Assembly (NCBI RefSeq): GCF_947568905.1
Contig: NC_079164.1
Span: 36,146,001-36,210,000 of the forward strand
Direction: 5' to 3'
Length of the DNA: 64,000 nt
From: Ostrea edulis
Taxonomy: Eukaryota
Made by a program: the position numbers and the translations under genes. Under the pieces are notes generated by a model. The model did not search any database. It was not told the origin of the DNA and was given only the letters and a program-made list of their open reading frames with translations. Of this stretch, positions 40,401-54,031 are shown one piece after another (position 1 is the first letter of the stretch; every line of letters starts with the position of its first letter).

Positions 40401-43400
40401 ACTGTTGGGAGAATGTGATTGTGTGGATATGGTTTACACTGTTGGGAGAATGTAATTGTGTGGATATGGTTTACACTGTTGGGGGAATGTGATTGTGTGG
40501 ATATGGTTTACACTGTTGGGAGAATGTGATTGTGTGGATACGGTTTACACTGTTGGGAGAATGTAATTGTGTGGATATGGTTTACACTGTTGGGGGAATG
40601 TGATTGTGTGGATATGGTTTACACTGTTGGGAGAATGTAATTGTGTGGATATGGTTTAAACTGTTGGGAGAATGTAATTGTGTGGATATGGTTTACACTG
40701 TTGGGAGAATGTGATTGTGTAGATATGGTTTACACTGTTGGGAGAATGTAATTGTGTGGATATGGTTTACACTGTTGGGAGAATGTGATTGTGTGGATAT
40801 GGTTTACACTGTTGGGAGAATGTGATTGTGTGGATATGGTTTTAGTATAGTGAAACATTATATAACCTGTATATTTTTACAAGGCCTTGAAATCCATTGG
40901 GATATGAGTGTCCTCAAAATCAGAGAACCCCCCCCCCCCCCATATACAATGATGCCACAGAAAACAAACATAGGATTACCTTTCTGGTTTGGTATATAGT
41001 GGCTGTTATGGAGACCACTGAGATGACAACGATACAGCTGGCATAGTAGTAATACTCATCTGCAAACCAGATGCCACAACTGAACAACTGGAAGATGTAG
41101 AAAGGTGACAACACCTACAAGACAATACTATAAGCATGTAGCCTGGGGACTCCTCAAGAACATATTTCAAATCTCAAACTTTAAAAATATGTAGCAAACA
41201 GAAGAAAAGATTGCATTGAATAAATTGTTCCTGTTTCTTTGCCCATCTACAAACCTCTTTAAAAAGGAGTTTTATGATTGGTGTAACATGAATCTGAATG
41301 GAGTTAGTACCAAACATGGCCATTCTACAAGAAGAAAAAAAAGCAATGTCCCAAAAGTGAAAACGTTTCTGTGATAGACAGAATGTTGACAACACTACTT
41401 GTAGCTCACCGTTCCTGCTGCTGTTGATAGGTCAGTCCCTTGCATGCATGAAAATAGGAACATTTTGTTTGTTTTTCTAAACCTCTGTAAAGGGATCAAA
41501 GAGATATTAAAAGTGAGAGTGGTCAGAGCACAGTCATAATTAAGCATTGGCAACTAATTATGGTACATAGATTTCAGTTCAACATGTATACTCTTTCAAA
41601 AAATGTTTTTACCAAAAAATTGTGTGGAGAATATCTATGAGAACCCCTTTCCATTGAATACTAACATCTATCACAAAGCAAACCATCCACGTAGTTTATG
41701 TGCAAGATAACTCCATGTGATCACAAAAGTATAGTCAAGAATGAGAATTTTTTTTCAATACATGTACAGTGAATTAATGAAATATACAATTTGTTTCAAT
41801 CTTAGACTAGAACTTGTTTAAACTGGTTTTGAAATACTTACTCTAATTTTTTAAATGTTTGAGAATCAGGATCCCAGATATATTTTACTCTTTTAGTGAT
41901 GAAGTAGCGGACGAGATTCCGAGTCAGCTAAAAATGAATTGCAATTCTGTTTAGCGTTACATTGTTATCTGCATGGAAACCTACAATTATGTATAAAAAA
42001 ATGAAACTGTTCAAGAATTGTCACATAAGTTAAACAAAGACCCAAGTGAGATAACTTAATAAAAATATATGGAGCAGCGTGCAATTACGGTAAAAATGAG
42101 AAGAAAAAATGACACATTGTAAATTTTAGTACCTTAGTGTGACAACATATTTTGTACCATTTAAAAAGAATAGAATGCACAAGAGTTGTCAGAAGACAAC
42201 ATAGCTCGCAGGGAAGCATGACTCTACTTGACCTATCTTCCTTGGTTCAAAAGATATTGCTAAAATTAACATTTTTGAAAAGTAGGTCAAAGACCAAGGT
42301 GAAGTTTACTAGGTCAAAAGTTGGTATCAAATGAAAGGCCTGTTCATGATGAATATTAATGTGAAATATCAACTCGATCATCTGCCCCACTGGATTCGAT
42401 TGTAATAGCTAGGATATTGCCAAGGTTAATGTTTTTGAAAAGAAAGTCCAAGGACACTATGTCAAAAGTCTTCATACCAAATGAAAGGCCTCGTCATAAG
42501 GAATCTATATGTGAAATATCCAACCCCATCCCCCTTTGATTCAAAAGATATAGCCAAGGTTGAAGTTTTACCCTTAAATTGTAAACTGCATATAAAAGTT
42601 TATATACAAACAACAATGCAGTGCATGAATATATGGTACATATTAAATGTTATTATGAAGCTTAAGTCTTCTTATTTTCGAATTCTTCTTTTACAGTTAC
42701 TCTCCTTGACAAGCACAATGTTTTGGCCTTAGCTTGCACTAACATGTATGCCCAACAATTTCTCACTTTACAATAATCTGATCACTTTTACTGCATTTAC
42801 TAGACAACTGCACCATAGTCAAGGCCCTTTATTACCAAGTTTTTCAGTTTTGTAGGAGTGCTTAAGGCTATTCAGTCAGATCAAGGTTCAAATTTTATGT
42901 CAGGGTTGTTTCAACAGGTCATGCATGAGTTAGGTGTTAGACAATATAAGTCTACTGCTTATCATCCCGAGTCTCAGGGAGCACTTGAACACTTCCATCA
43001 AACCCCTAAAACTATGATGAAAACATTATTGTTATCAGTATGATAAAGACGGGGATGAAGGCGTTCACCTTGTTTTATTTGCTGCAAGAGAAGCAGTTCA
43101 GGATTCAGTCCCTCTGAATTAGTGTTTGGCCATACAGTTATAGAGGTCCTTTGAAATTGCTGAGGGGAAAATGGCTAACTGAAACTTAAGTGCTCTTAAT
43201 CAAATTTCAAAAAGAAACTTCATAATGCTTGACATAAATTAGCACAAGAAAATCTCAAGAGTTCTCAAGCAAAAATGAAAGTTTGGTATGACAAAGATGC
43301 CAGGAAGAGAGTTTTCAAACCAGGTGATAAGGTTCTTGTACTTTTGCCTGTTTCTGGCATGATCATTTGCAGGCCAGGCAGTATGGTCCTTATGAAATTG

Positions 43401-46400
43401 AAAGCAAGTTTAGTGATGTGAACTATGTAGTTAAGACACCTGGCCGGCGTAAAGAAAAACAAGTTTGTCACATTAACATATTAAAAGTATTTTGATAGAT
43501 GTGACCGAAATTCTGTAAAATCAGTTTCCACTTTAGCCAATGTTCAGACATTACAAAATTGTACTGAGAATGAAATTAGTGTAGAAACTTGTGAAAAAGA
43601 CTTCAATCAGAATATCTGTTTTAAGAACTCCAAAATTCTTGCCAATTTGGATACCAAACTTGGACATTTAAATATATATATTCACCAGAGAGAACAATTA
43701 TAAGTTCAACGTTTCATGGTTAACTTAATCCTTCAATCTTCTCGGATGTTCTACAAAAGACCAATGCCGCTTGTCATGATGTTATAGTTAATGATGCTTT
43801 GCCCATCAAGCAGCATCCCTATCGTTTAAATCCATTAAAAGTCCAGTACAATGAGTACATGTTGAACAACGACATTATTGAACCAAGTAAAAGTGACTGT
43901 AGCTCACCTTGCATTCTTGTATTGAAACCTGATGGTACCTACTGATTATGTACTGAATTCTGTCACGAAAACAGATCAACTCTTATCAGATTCCTAGAAT
44001 TGATGACTGCATGTATTGACAAAATTGGAAATGCCAAATTTGTCAGTAAATTTGACCTGTTGAAGGGTTACTGGCAAGTGCCATTGACTGAAAGAGCCAA
44101 AGAAATCTCTGCAATGGTGACTCCCGATGGCCTCTTTTAATACAAAGTGATGCCGTTTGGTATGAAAAATGCTCCAGCGACCTTTCAGTGGATAATTCAT
44201 TCCGTTCTACATGATCTTCAAGCATGTGAAGCCTACATTGATGATGGTATCATCTACAGTGACACATGGGAGGAACATCTCCGAATCATGCGTGCATTCT
44301 TCAACATTCTGGTAAGAGCAAATTTAACAGTGAACCTTGCAAAGAGTGACTTTTGTCACCCTACTGTAGAGTAATTAGGTCATAAATGTCAACAAAATTA
44401 TCCAACCATTGAAAAAAAGTGTCTAATTGCTTTGTCGTTAGCTTTACAACATTTTGATGTTTATTTGAATGTTACTGTACCTCAAGGTTATGGGGACAAA
44501 CAGTTTGGTAGTGATGGGACAATGATCGATTATCATCGAAAATTGATTGGTTTACCTATTCCAATCATTATCAATTATAAATTTTATAATCGAAAGTCGC
44601 TGTCAAAACCGGAAATAAAAAGGACCGAGCTGGTTTCATATTTTAATTCATTTCAAAATGGCGAACATTCCAGATAGTGCCAGTTTCGCTGTTAAATAAA
44701 ACAAAGCATGTATCTTCTTTTTGTTCAGCACAGTTTTACATGTGCTGTTTATTTTTTTTAAATATATCTGTTCTAGTCCAAAGGTTAGTGCCAGTTTTAC
44801 TGTAGTTTCTGTTTATAATTAAATAAAAAATAATGTATGAATGATTGAGTTTGTTCATTTCTGCAGTATTCATATAGAGAAAGTAACATACATGGTGGTG
44901 TAGAAGGTTTTAACAAATAATATTGAATGAAAAATATAGTTTTTAGATATCATAGAAAACGATTATTAATCGAAAATCGATCAGTTTTCTACTCCCGATT
45001 ACAAAACGATTATGATTTTAAACCGATTGCCCATCACTACAGTTTAGTACTTAATGAAAAGTCTTGTCAAAAGGAATACACATGTGAAATATGAAAGTCA
45101 GCTACCACCAACCATTTAAAAGTTATGGGCACTGTTCAAAAGTAGGTTAAATCCATAGGTAAAAAGTGTTGGTATGAAAAGAAAGGTGTCAAAAGGAATA
45201 CGCATGTGAAATATAAAAGCTCTATCATCATCCATTCAAAACTCATGGTCATGGTTAAAGTTTTTGAAGACTGACAGACAACAGGGGCCAATGGGCCACA
45301 TCACTCACCTGAGTCACCTTGGCCCTGCAATTGTTAAATTGTTGTGATTTTTAAAAGATCTTTGTTATCAATCTTTATTCTCATGAAAAATTTTGACCCC
45401 ATACTGTGGCCCCAACCTAGCCCCAAAGGATCACAACATCACTGAAAATGAATTCACATAATACAGAGATGCCTCAACACCAATATGGCTAACATGATCT
45501 TGCTGTTCTGGATAAGACCATTGAAGTCACAAGGTCATTGATAAGACCTTGCCATAAGAAATCTACATACAGAATATGAAAGCTCTATCTTAAATAGTTT
45601 AAGATGTATTAAATAGGTAATATTTTTATTAAAAGTAGGTCAAATTTCAGGTCAAGGTCATATGGTCAAGCTTCACAATAAAAAAGGGTCTTGTCATAAT
45701 TAGCCTATATACAAAATATGAAAGCCCTACCCTATATAGTTCAGGAGATATTGAATAGGTCAGGTATTGTTTTAAACAGATTTATGCACATCAAGGTCTT
45801 GTTATAAAGAATCTGTATACAAAATATGAAAGCACCACCTAAATTAGTTCTGAATATATTTGATAGGTTATGTTTTTTAAGGTAGGTCAAACTCTAAGTT
45901 CAAGGTTACAGGGTCAAAGATCATGATATGAAATGAAAGGTCTTGTCATAAGAAATATATATATACAAGATATGAAAGATCTACCTTGAATACATCTTCA
46001 CAAGTCAAGGGTTATTGATTCGTTACCTCACACTAACCCTTGACATCAGTCGCTATATAAAAGTTGGGCTCATTAGACCATTACGCAATCCACTATAAAT
46101 AAAACATCCAATGAAATCAGTCTGCATCTTGTTATAGTGTACATGGTTACAAATGATGCGATCTCATACTGCTGTATTGATAAACAAGCGCAATTGTAAT
46201 ATTTACACCACTAATTACGTTTATTGATAGTAGATCAAGTTTGGAAACCTTTTTGTTTAAGATAATATTGCTCAAACGATTGAAATAGCCATAACTGTAG
46301 CTATCAATACACATGTTTTTATTTGAATCTCTCGCTTCGCTTTGTTAGAAATAGAACCGCATTCTCATTGGTTCCCACTCTTTTGTGGGAACCAATCAGA

Positions 46401-46872
46401 ATGAGCCCAACTTTTTGATAGTCACTGATGTCAAGGGTTAGTGTGAGGTATTACAAATCAATAAACTTGATTTGTGAAGATGCCTTGAATAGTTCAGGAG
46501 ATATTAAATAGGTAAGATTGTTATCAAAAGTAGGTCATACTTCCAGGTCAAGGTCACAAAATAATATCAAGTTCTAATTGCCATAAAAAACCTATATACG
46601 AAGCATGAAGGCTCTACCTTCAGGAGATATTGAATACGTTAGGAATTTTTTTTAAAAAGTAGGTCAAATTCCAAGGTCAAAAGATCAAACAAACACTATT
46701 GTGTGCAAGGTCTTACCATAAAGAATCTATATACAACATACAATTAAATCCTCACCTAAAATAGTTAAAAAAATATTCAATAGGTTATGTTCTTTTAAAA
46801 ATAGGTCAAACTCTGAGTTCAAAGTCACAGGGTCAAAGATTATGATATGAAATGAAAGATCTTGCCAAAGAA

Positions 46873-46921
<49 letters not shown>

Positions 46922-49900
46922 AATCCATCTTGATATATTTTTTTTTATATATAAAAGCACGAAAACCCAACAACACCCTACTTTCTTAAAGTGTCGGATC
47001 TAAGAAGATACAAGGCCAGTAAAGAAATTCATAAAAGCACTGAAAAGGCCACGACACTGTTGGTTATTTAAAACTGAAATTTTCGATGCAACCCACGTCT
47101 TTATCAAGAGACATATATTACATAAACAAATAACACACACCACGAAAAAACGACAAGTATCAATAATCTACATTGGTAACAAGAATGATACACGGAAAAT
47201 TATGCATGCTTGCATTCACGATGTAAAAACATGCACATAGTTTATAAGTATGAAGCTTTGAATGGCCATAATAGGTATTTAGTGTGATAATGACCTTGAC
47301 CTTTGGATTTCAAAAGCAACATGAATCTTGAATGTCATCAGGATTTGAAGTCTGATAAACATACACCAGCAATTACATGTATAAAAGTTAGAGGCAAGCT
47401 CAAATCTACAGTATATGGTGAAAAAGAGACCTTGACCTTTTGACCTCAAAATAAATAGGTCCCTTCCTCTTTTGGATATGATCATGTTATGTAAGTTTCA
47501 CAAAGATGCCCCTAGTAGTATGAAAGTTAGAGACAGACAAGCTCAAATCTATGGCATTTAGTGACAAAGTGACCTTGACCTTTGGACCTCAAAATAAATA
47601 GGAACTTAGATACATGTGCAAAATTAAAGAGGAATAACACATCATCATAATGGCTGACCTTCTTTCCATTCACAACAGTTTTCTCTATTGTGACATACAT
47701 CCTTAATTATAAAATTTATCAATTTGTCTGTCTGTCTGTCTGCAGTCATCAACTGTATTTTAAAACGATTCTTTTAAAAGACAAAAACTTTAGTATTCAT
47801 TTGTAAGATATTTTTTACAATGACATATTTATATAGTTATATGTTACTTTATATAAATCATGTCCTTCATCAACTACTGTAGAAGGATTTAATTTTGCTT
47901 AATTTCAGAAGAAGCATCACTCGCAAAATAAAAATACTTGCTTTTATTTTAATATTGCTGATATACATGTAAACACTCTTATCAGGAGACCACTCACGAA
48001 TTCATGTTCTTTCAATTTGACGTCTACGAGTCATTTCGCGATTATTATATATCTAGTACTCACCTAAAATATGGAATCTACAGTATGTAAAACAGTGAAC
48101 TGTAACAATTTGTCCAATGCATACAATGTTACAGTTACACATGTACAGTAAGTCATACTTACCAATATATGCCTTCTGAATTACATGTACTTTATTACTC
48201 AAATAAAATGATTAGGAAAGTATTACCTACTTCCACCAAACCATGCAAGTCTGTTGTTTGTATGCAAACAGTTACATAATTCTGTTTGTACATGTATCTG
48301 AAAAGCTGCAATTACGTTAAACATAACTGATACTCAAATGAAGATTTTTTTGGGAGAGTTGAGACTGCAGAATAAACCTTTAGATGGTGGATGATGCTAA
48401 TTTCACACACACATATTTGTGGTGGATGATACTAATTTCACACACACATATTTGTGTGGATGATGCTAATTTCACACACACAGATTTGTGGTGGATGATG
48501 CTAATTTCACACACACAGATTTGTGGTGGATGATGCTAATTTCACACATTCAGATTTATGGTGGATGATGCTAATTTTACACACATAGATTTGAGGTGGA
48601 TGATGCTAATTTAATTCACACACACAAATTTATGGTGAATGATGCTAATTTCACACACACATAGATTTGTGGTGGATGATGCTAATTTCACACAATAGAT
48701 TTGTGGTGGATGATGCTAATTTCACACACACATATTTGTGGTGGATGATGCTAATTTTACACACACAGATTTGTGGTGGATGATGCTAATTTTACACACA
48801 CAGATTTATGGTGTATGATGCTAATTTTACACACACAGATTTATGGTGGATGATGCTAATTTTACACACACAGATTTGTGGTGGAATGTGCTGATTTTGC
48901 ACCAATTAGCAGTCTCCAGATGCTTGTTTTTCAGGGTTTTTTTTTTAAGAGGAAATTTTGGTGGTGATTTGCTGAACATCAGATAACACTATAGAAGTTG
49001 TTGTAATGTTTAGTAAACATTCATTCATATTTCCTAAATGCATTAACTAGCACATGCACACCTACTGCATACTGGAAAATTTTCACCCTAATGCATCGGA
49101 AAACAATATATTTTGACCCATTTCAGATTAATTAGGGGATTATTTTTCCTACTTTTAGAGTGAGTTATACAATCTTGTTTTATTAGCCCAGTTTTGAATT
49201 CGCCCACAAAAAAGTGGGCTAAAAATAACACAAGGGTGAAAATTTTACAGTACAAAGTACATATGTATTACATTTTTTTCTGGTTAATATTCAACCACAG
49301 TATAGCTAGGTATATTCAGACACCATGCTGAGCATTGAAAAATCTAACAAAGCTAAAGGCTGCAAGCAGTGAAAGCTAATCAGACAATAATTTAAAAGTG
49401 TTTATTACTTCTAAAACTCGATCAACCTCCGACACGCGTCCTTCTGATTCACAGGCTGTAGATGTCTAAGAAATAAGGAAAAGAATCTCACATCACACAC
49501 AAACCAAGAGGGTAATTTGATTTTTAAAAGGAAATGGCCGGGCTAATTTCTGAAATGATGTGCACTGGTATCCTCATCATGTGTTGAAATACCAACATCC
49601 ATTGCTTATGTGGATGAACAAAACCACAAAATCAACAAGAGTTGTCAGAGGACAACATAGTTCACAGGGAAGAATGACTCTGCTTACCTATCATTCAAAA
49701 GGTTAAGAGTTTTTGAAAAATAGGTCAAAGTCCATTTTTAGATTACTAGGTCAAAAGTTTTGATACCATATATCAAAGGCCTGTTCATTAAGCATCTAAA
49801 TATTAAACATCAAATCCCTATCATCTTGGTTCAAAAGATATAGCCAAGGTTAAAGTTTTTTCCTTAAGAGTGTGATGCCAATGCTGACACTAGCTATAGG

Positions 49901-52748
49901 GTCATGACAATAGCTCTCCAGTCCGAGCGAGTTAGAAATGATGTTTGGGATGTTTCTGTTTTTAAATGAGAACAAAATTTAGCCTTCCATGAATTTACAT
50001 ACCAACAAAATTTTTGATTCTAGGCAAACCACAAGATTTGATGCTCACATTAAAAATTAACAAAATTACCATATTCATTCTAGGATATGTTCATGATTCG
50101 ATAAAGGTTTAACTAGATCTGTAAGTCAGATCAAATATATGTGAGAATGTCATAGTTGGATGCAAAATGAGGGAGGCATAATTAGTAGTATGAAAAAAGC
50201 AATTTAATATTAAGAGGAAATGGCCCCATATCGGAAATAATATATGTACTGCATGGTTTCCTCATCATGCACTGAAATACCAATGTCCATTGTTTATGTG
50301 GTACGTTGACTATAAGAAATCATGAAATTAACCACGAAGTACAGGATTCTTTTTTCATAAGAGAAAAACAACAAAATTTATAGCTGTCCTGATTTTAAGT
50401 AAATCATAAAATTTGATACCTGTGAAAAATTCATGAAATCACAGTACATATAATTATTATCAAATTCATTTTAGGATATCATGATTTGAAAAAGGTCGAT
50501 CTATTAAGTGTAACCCCTAGCTATCCTACTTCTTTTCAATTTTCTTATTCTAATTTTCGAAGTGCCAGCTGGACGATTATTGGTATAGTGTAGGTTATAG
50601 TGAAATGTATTTATGTACATGTATGTACTCATGTAAATGACCCTTGAACCTGGTCTGTCCTATACCTGACCCTTGACCTGGAACTCCAGTTCACTTATCC
50701 TTGTCCACCTATCTGTCAGCAGTCGGCCTCATACCCTAAACCAGTGAAGATGTTTCCTGTCCTTTATGATGTTGTATATGTCCTTTGTTGAAGCCTTGCC
50801 ACGTGTAAGGTAGGGCATTATTTCTAATTGCCTCATGTTTACAATTATATCATGTAATACCTCGGTTACATAATAGTAGGAATTACAGTGTAGATACTTT
50901 GCATAATTGTCAGTATCTATATATAACTAAGATTCTCAATTCAATTGACCGGCATGTATAGATACGAACTTTATACAATATATGATCTTCTTGTATCACG
51001 TATTTTTTAATGAAAGTAAATAATGGTTACAATCTTGATAAGTAACATTAAAAAGGAAGTGATGACAAGATGATGCTGTTCTGATAGAGTACCTGTGATT
51101 CCGGTAAGACAACAGAGTAAATTAGGGGTCATCCATAATTGTCAACCATTTTCCAAAGTGTGCAAAAAGCACACTTTTTGAAACCCCCCACCCCCCTCAA
51201 AAAGTGTACATCAACCATTTTCAAATTCCCAACAAGAAGATCGACAATCAAGTTTATGAGCAATTTAGTTCAAACAATGAGTTCTTTAATATTGGTACCC
51301 CTATTTCTTGTTATATATGAATGATATAATGTTTATAAATGTGCAAATTTTGTGTACAATAAGATTTTTGTTTTTATAGAGAAAAATAAATATGTCTCTG
51401 TCTTATATCTTGTGGTTTTTTTTTGGTTTTTTTATACAGGCATTACACTTTTGTAACATGACCAATACTTTTATGTTTTTATAGCCAATAGGTCTATATA
51501 CGATAAAATAAAACCGAACTCTGCGGATACAAAATAAATCCGAAAGAGAAAAAAAGAGTGTACGGTAAAATTGTCGATTTTTTATCCCCTCCCCCTGAGC
51601 GTGCTTTTGCACACTTTGGAAAATGGTTGACAATTATGGATGACCCCTTACATAATTTTATTCAATTTGATTTCACTATATATTTACTTATACCGTATAA
51701 ATGGAATTTTTAGCGAGACAAAAATTTAGCGATTTTCCCATAAAAATGGGAATATATATTTAGCTAGTCTTTGAGCTAATCTTAGCAACTTTATGATTCC
51801 AAGAAAGATAACTATTACTTTTGATACGGAATAAATTGTTAGCACTTTATATAATTTTTTAGCAATCTCAACACCCTTGCTAATAATGCCAAAATAAAAT
51901 TCCCACTAAAGATTCTGCTTAAACGATAACTTACAGAAAACCTTTCCTCATCCAGTACTACTGGTGTTTGTTACATTAGAACTGACATTTACCAACGTTT
52001 TGTCTGTAAAAAGAGCTTCATTCTCATTATGTACTGTGATATGTATCAGTGACCATTAGTTACTTTAAATGGAACAGCCAATGCATCCTATGACCTTGAC
52101 GATGCTAATGACTATATGCGGATAGGTGGTCCTAAAAAACCAGATTGAACTAGTTTGCAACAAACATGTATTCATTGTCTATGATGAAAGCAACATCCAT
52201 TTCAAACGACATACAAGAGAAAAGATACAGTGAATGTAAATATTATGGTTTTGAGCGAATAAAACGAATGAACAGACAGTTAGATAGGATGCAGACAAAC
52301 TTTGAAACGAACTGCTTCATTAAGTCTTCAGCTCAGGTGAGCCCAAACACATCAAACGCAGAAAGTGACTATTGCAATTAGATATAGAAGGTTTGGGGTA
52401 CATAAACCCAGAGGCATGACATTTAATGGTAATCTCAGTGAGATTTAATCATGAGTTACATGTACTTTAATTCATTATCATAAAATTGTTCACCTAGTCG
52501 TGGGAAAAAATACAGAATAGTAATTTCTCAATAGTGAGGGCAGAAGTCAGGTAATTGCATGCCTTTTTCCTCTGACCTGTAGATTCAGGCAGTGATAGTT
52601 TAACTGTTTTGATTTTCTCTGTGATGTAGAAATCAAATTGCAAGTCTGATACAAGAAATAGCTTATTAAATGCAAGGCCACCTTGAATAAATCATACATT
52701 TAATATCAATTGCGCACATAGGTTTTGGTGAATTCAACATTTGTAATC

Positions 52749-52782
<34 letters not shown>

Positions 52783-53995
52783 TGGCTCATATTTAAAGAT
52801 TTTTCCTAGTATATATTCGCATGTAAAACTTTGATCCCTATTGTGGCCCCAACCTACTCCCTGGGGCCATGATTTTTACAAAATTGAATCTGCACTATGT
52901 CAGGAAGCCTTCATGTAAATGTAAAATTTTCTGGCCCAGTGATTTTTCAGAGGAAGATTTTTAATGATTTTCCCCAATATACTTGTATGTAAAATTTTGA
53001 TCCCCTACTGTGGCCCCATCTTACCCCCGGGGACCATGATTTTTACAAATGTGAATCAGCACTAAGTCAGGAAGCTTTTGTGCAAATGTAAACTTCTTTG
53101 GCCCAATGGTTCTTAAGGAGAACATTTTTAAAGATTTTTTTTCTATTTATTAGTTATGTAAAACTTTGATCCCCTATTGTGGCCCCATCCAACACCCAGG
53201 GGCAATGATTTTAACAAACTTGAATCTGCACTATGTCAGGAAGCTTGTATGTAAATCTCAGCTTTTCTGGCTCAGTGGTTCTTGAGAAGAAGATTTTTCC
53301 TATATGTAAAACTTTGATCCCCTATTGTTGCCTCATCTTACCCCCCCCCCCTTGGGGGAGGGCATGATTTTAACAAACATGAATCTCTACTATGTCAGGA
53401 AGCTTTCATGTAAATTTCCATTTTCCTGGCCCAGTAGTTTTTGAGAAGATTTTTAAAGATTTTCCCTATATATTTGTATGTAAAACTTTGATCCCCTATT
53501 GTGCCCCCATCCTAGTGCTATGGGGCCATGATATTAAAAAACTTGAATCTGTACTATGTCAGGAAGCTTTCATGTAAATCTCAGCTTTTCTGGCTAAGTG
53601 GTTCTTGAGAAGAAGATTTTTAAAGATTTTCCCTATATATTTATATGTAAAACTTTGATCCCCTATTGTGGCCCCATCCTACCCCCGAGGGCCATGATTT
53701 TTACTAACTTGAATCTGCATTATGTAAGGAAGCTGTCATGTAAATTTCAGCTCTTCTGGTGGAGTGGTTCTTGAGAAGAAGATTTTTAAATGACCTCACC
53801 CTATTTTTGCATTTTTTGTGATTATCTTCCCCTTTGAAAGGGGCATGGCCCTTTATTTGAAAAAAAACTTGAAAGCCCTTCATCCAAGAATGCTTTTGGC
53901 CAAGTTTGGTTATAATTGGCCCAGTGGTTCTGGAGAAGAAGTCAAAAATGTAAAAAGTTTACAGACAGACGATGGGCAACAGGCGATCAGAAAAA

Positions 53996-54031
<36 letters not shown>

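Noticed and set aside
27466-40843. Tandem arrays of 32-52 bp as possible CRISPR arrays
   Set aside because: There are no unique spacers or cas genes, and the context is a eukaryotic intron.
51935-52003. 69-nt segment with good acceptor and donor on - (tttacag|…|gtaagt)
   Set aside because: It has stop codons in all three frames and abuts a MITE remnant. It could only be a poison or UTR exon, and nothing in the sequence supports that.
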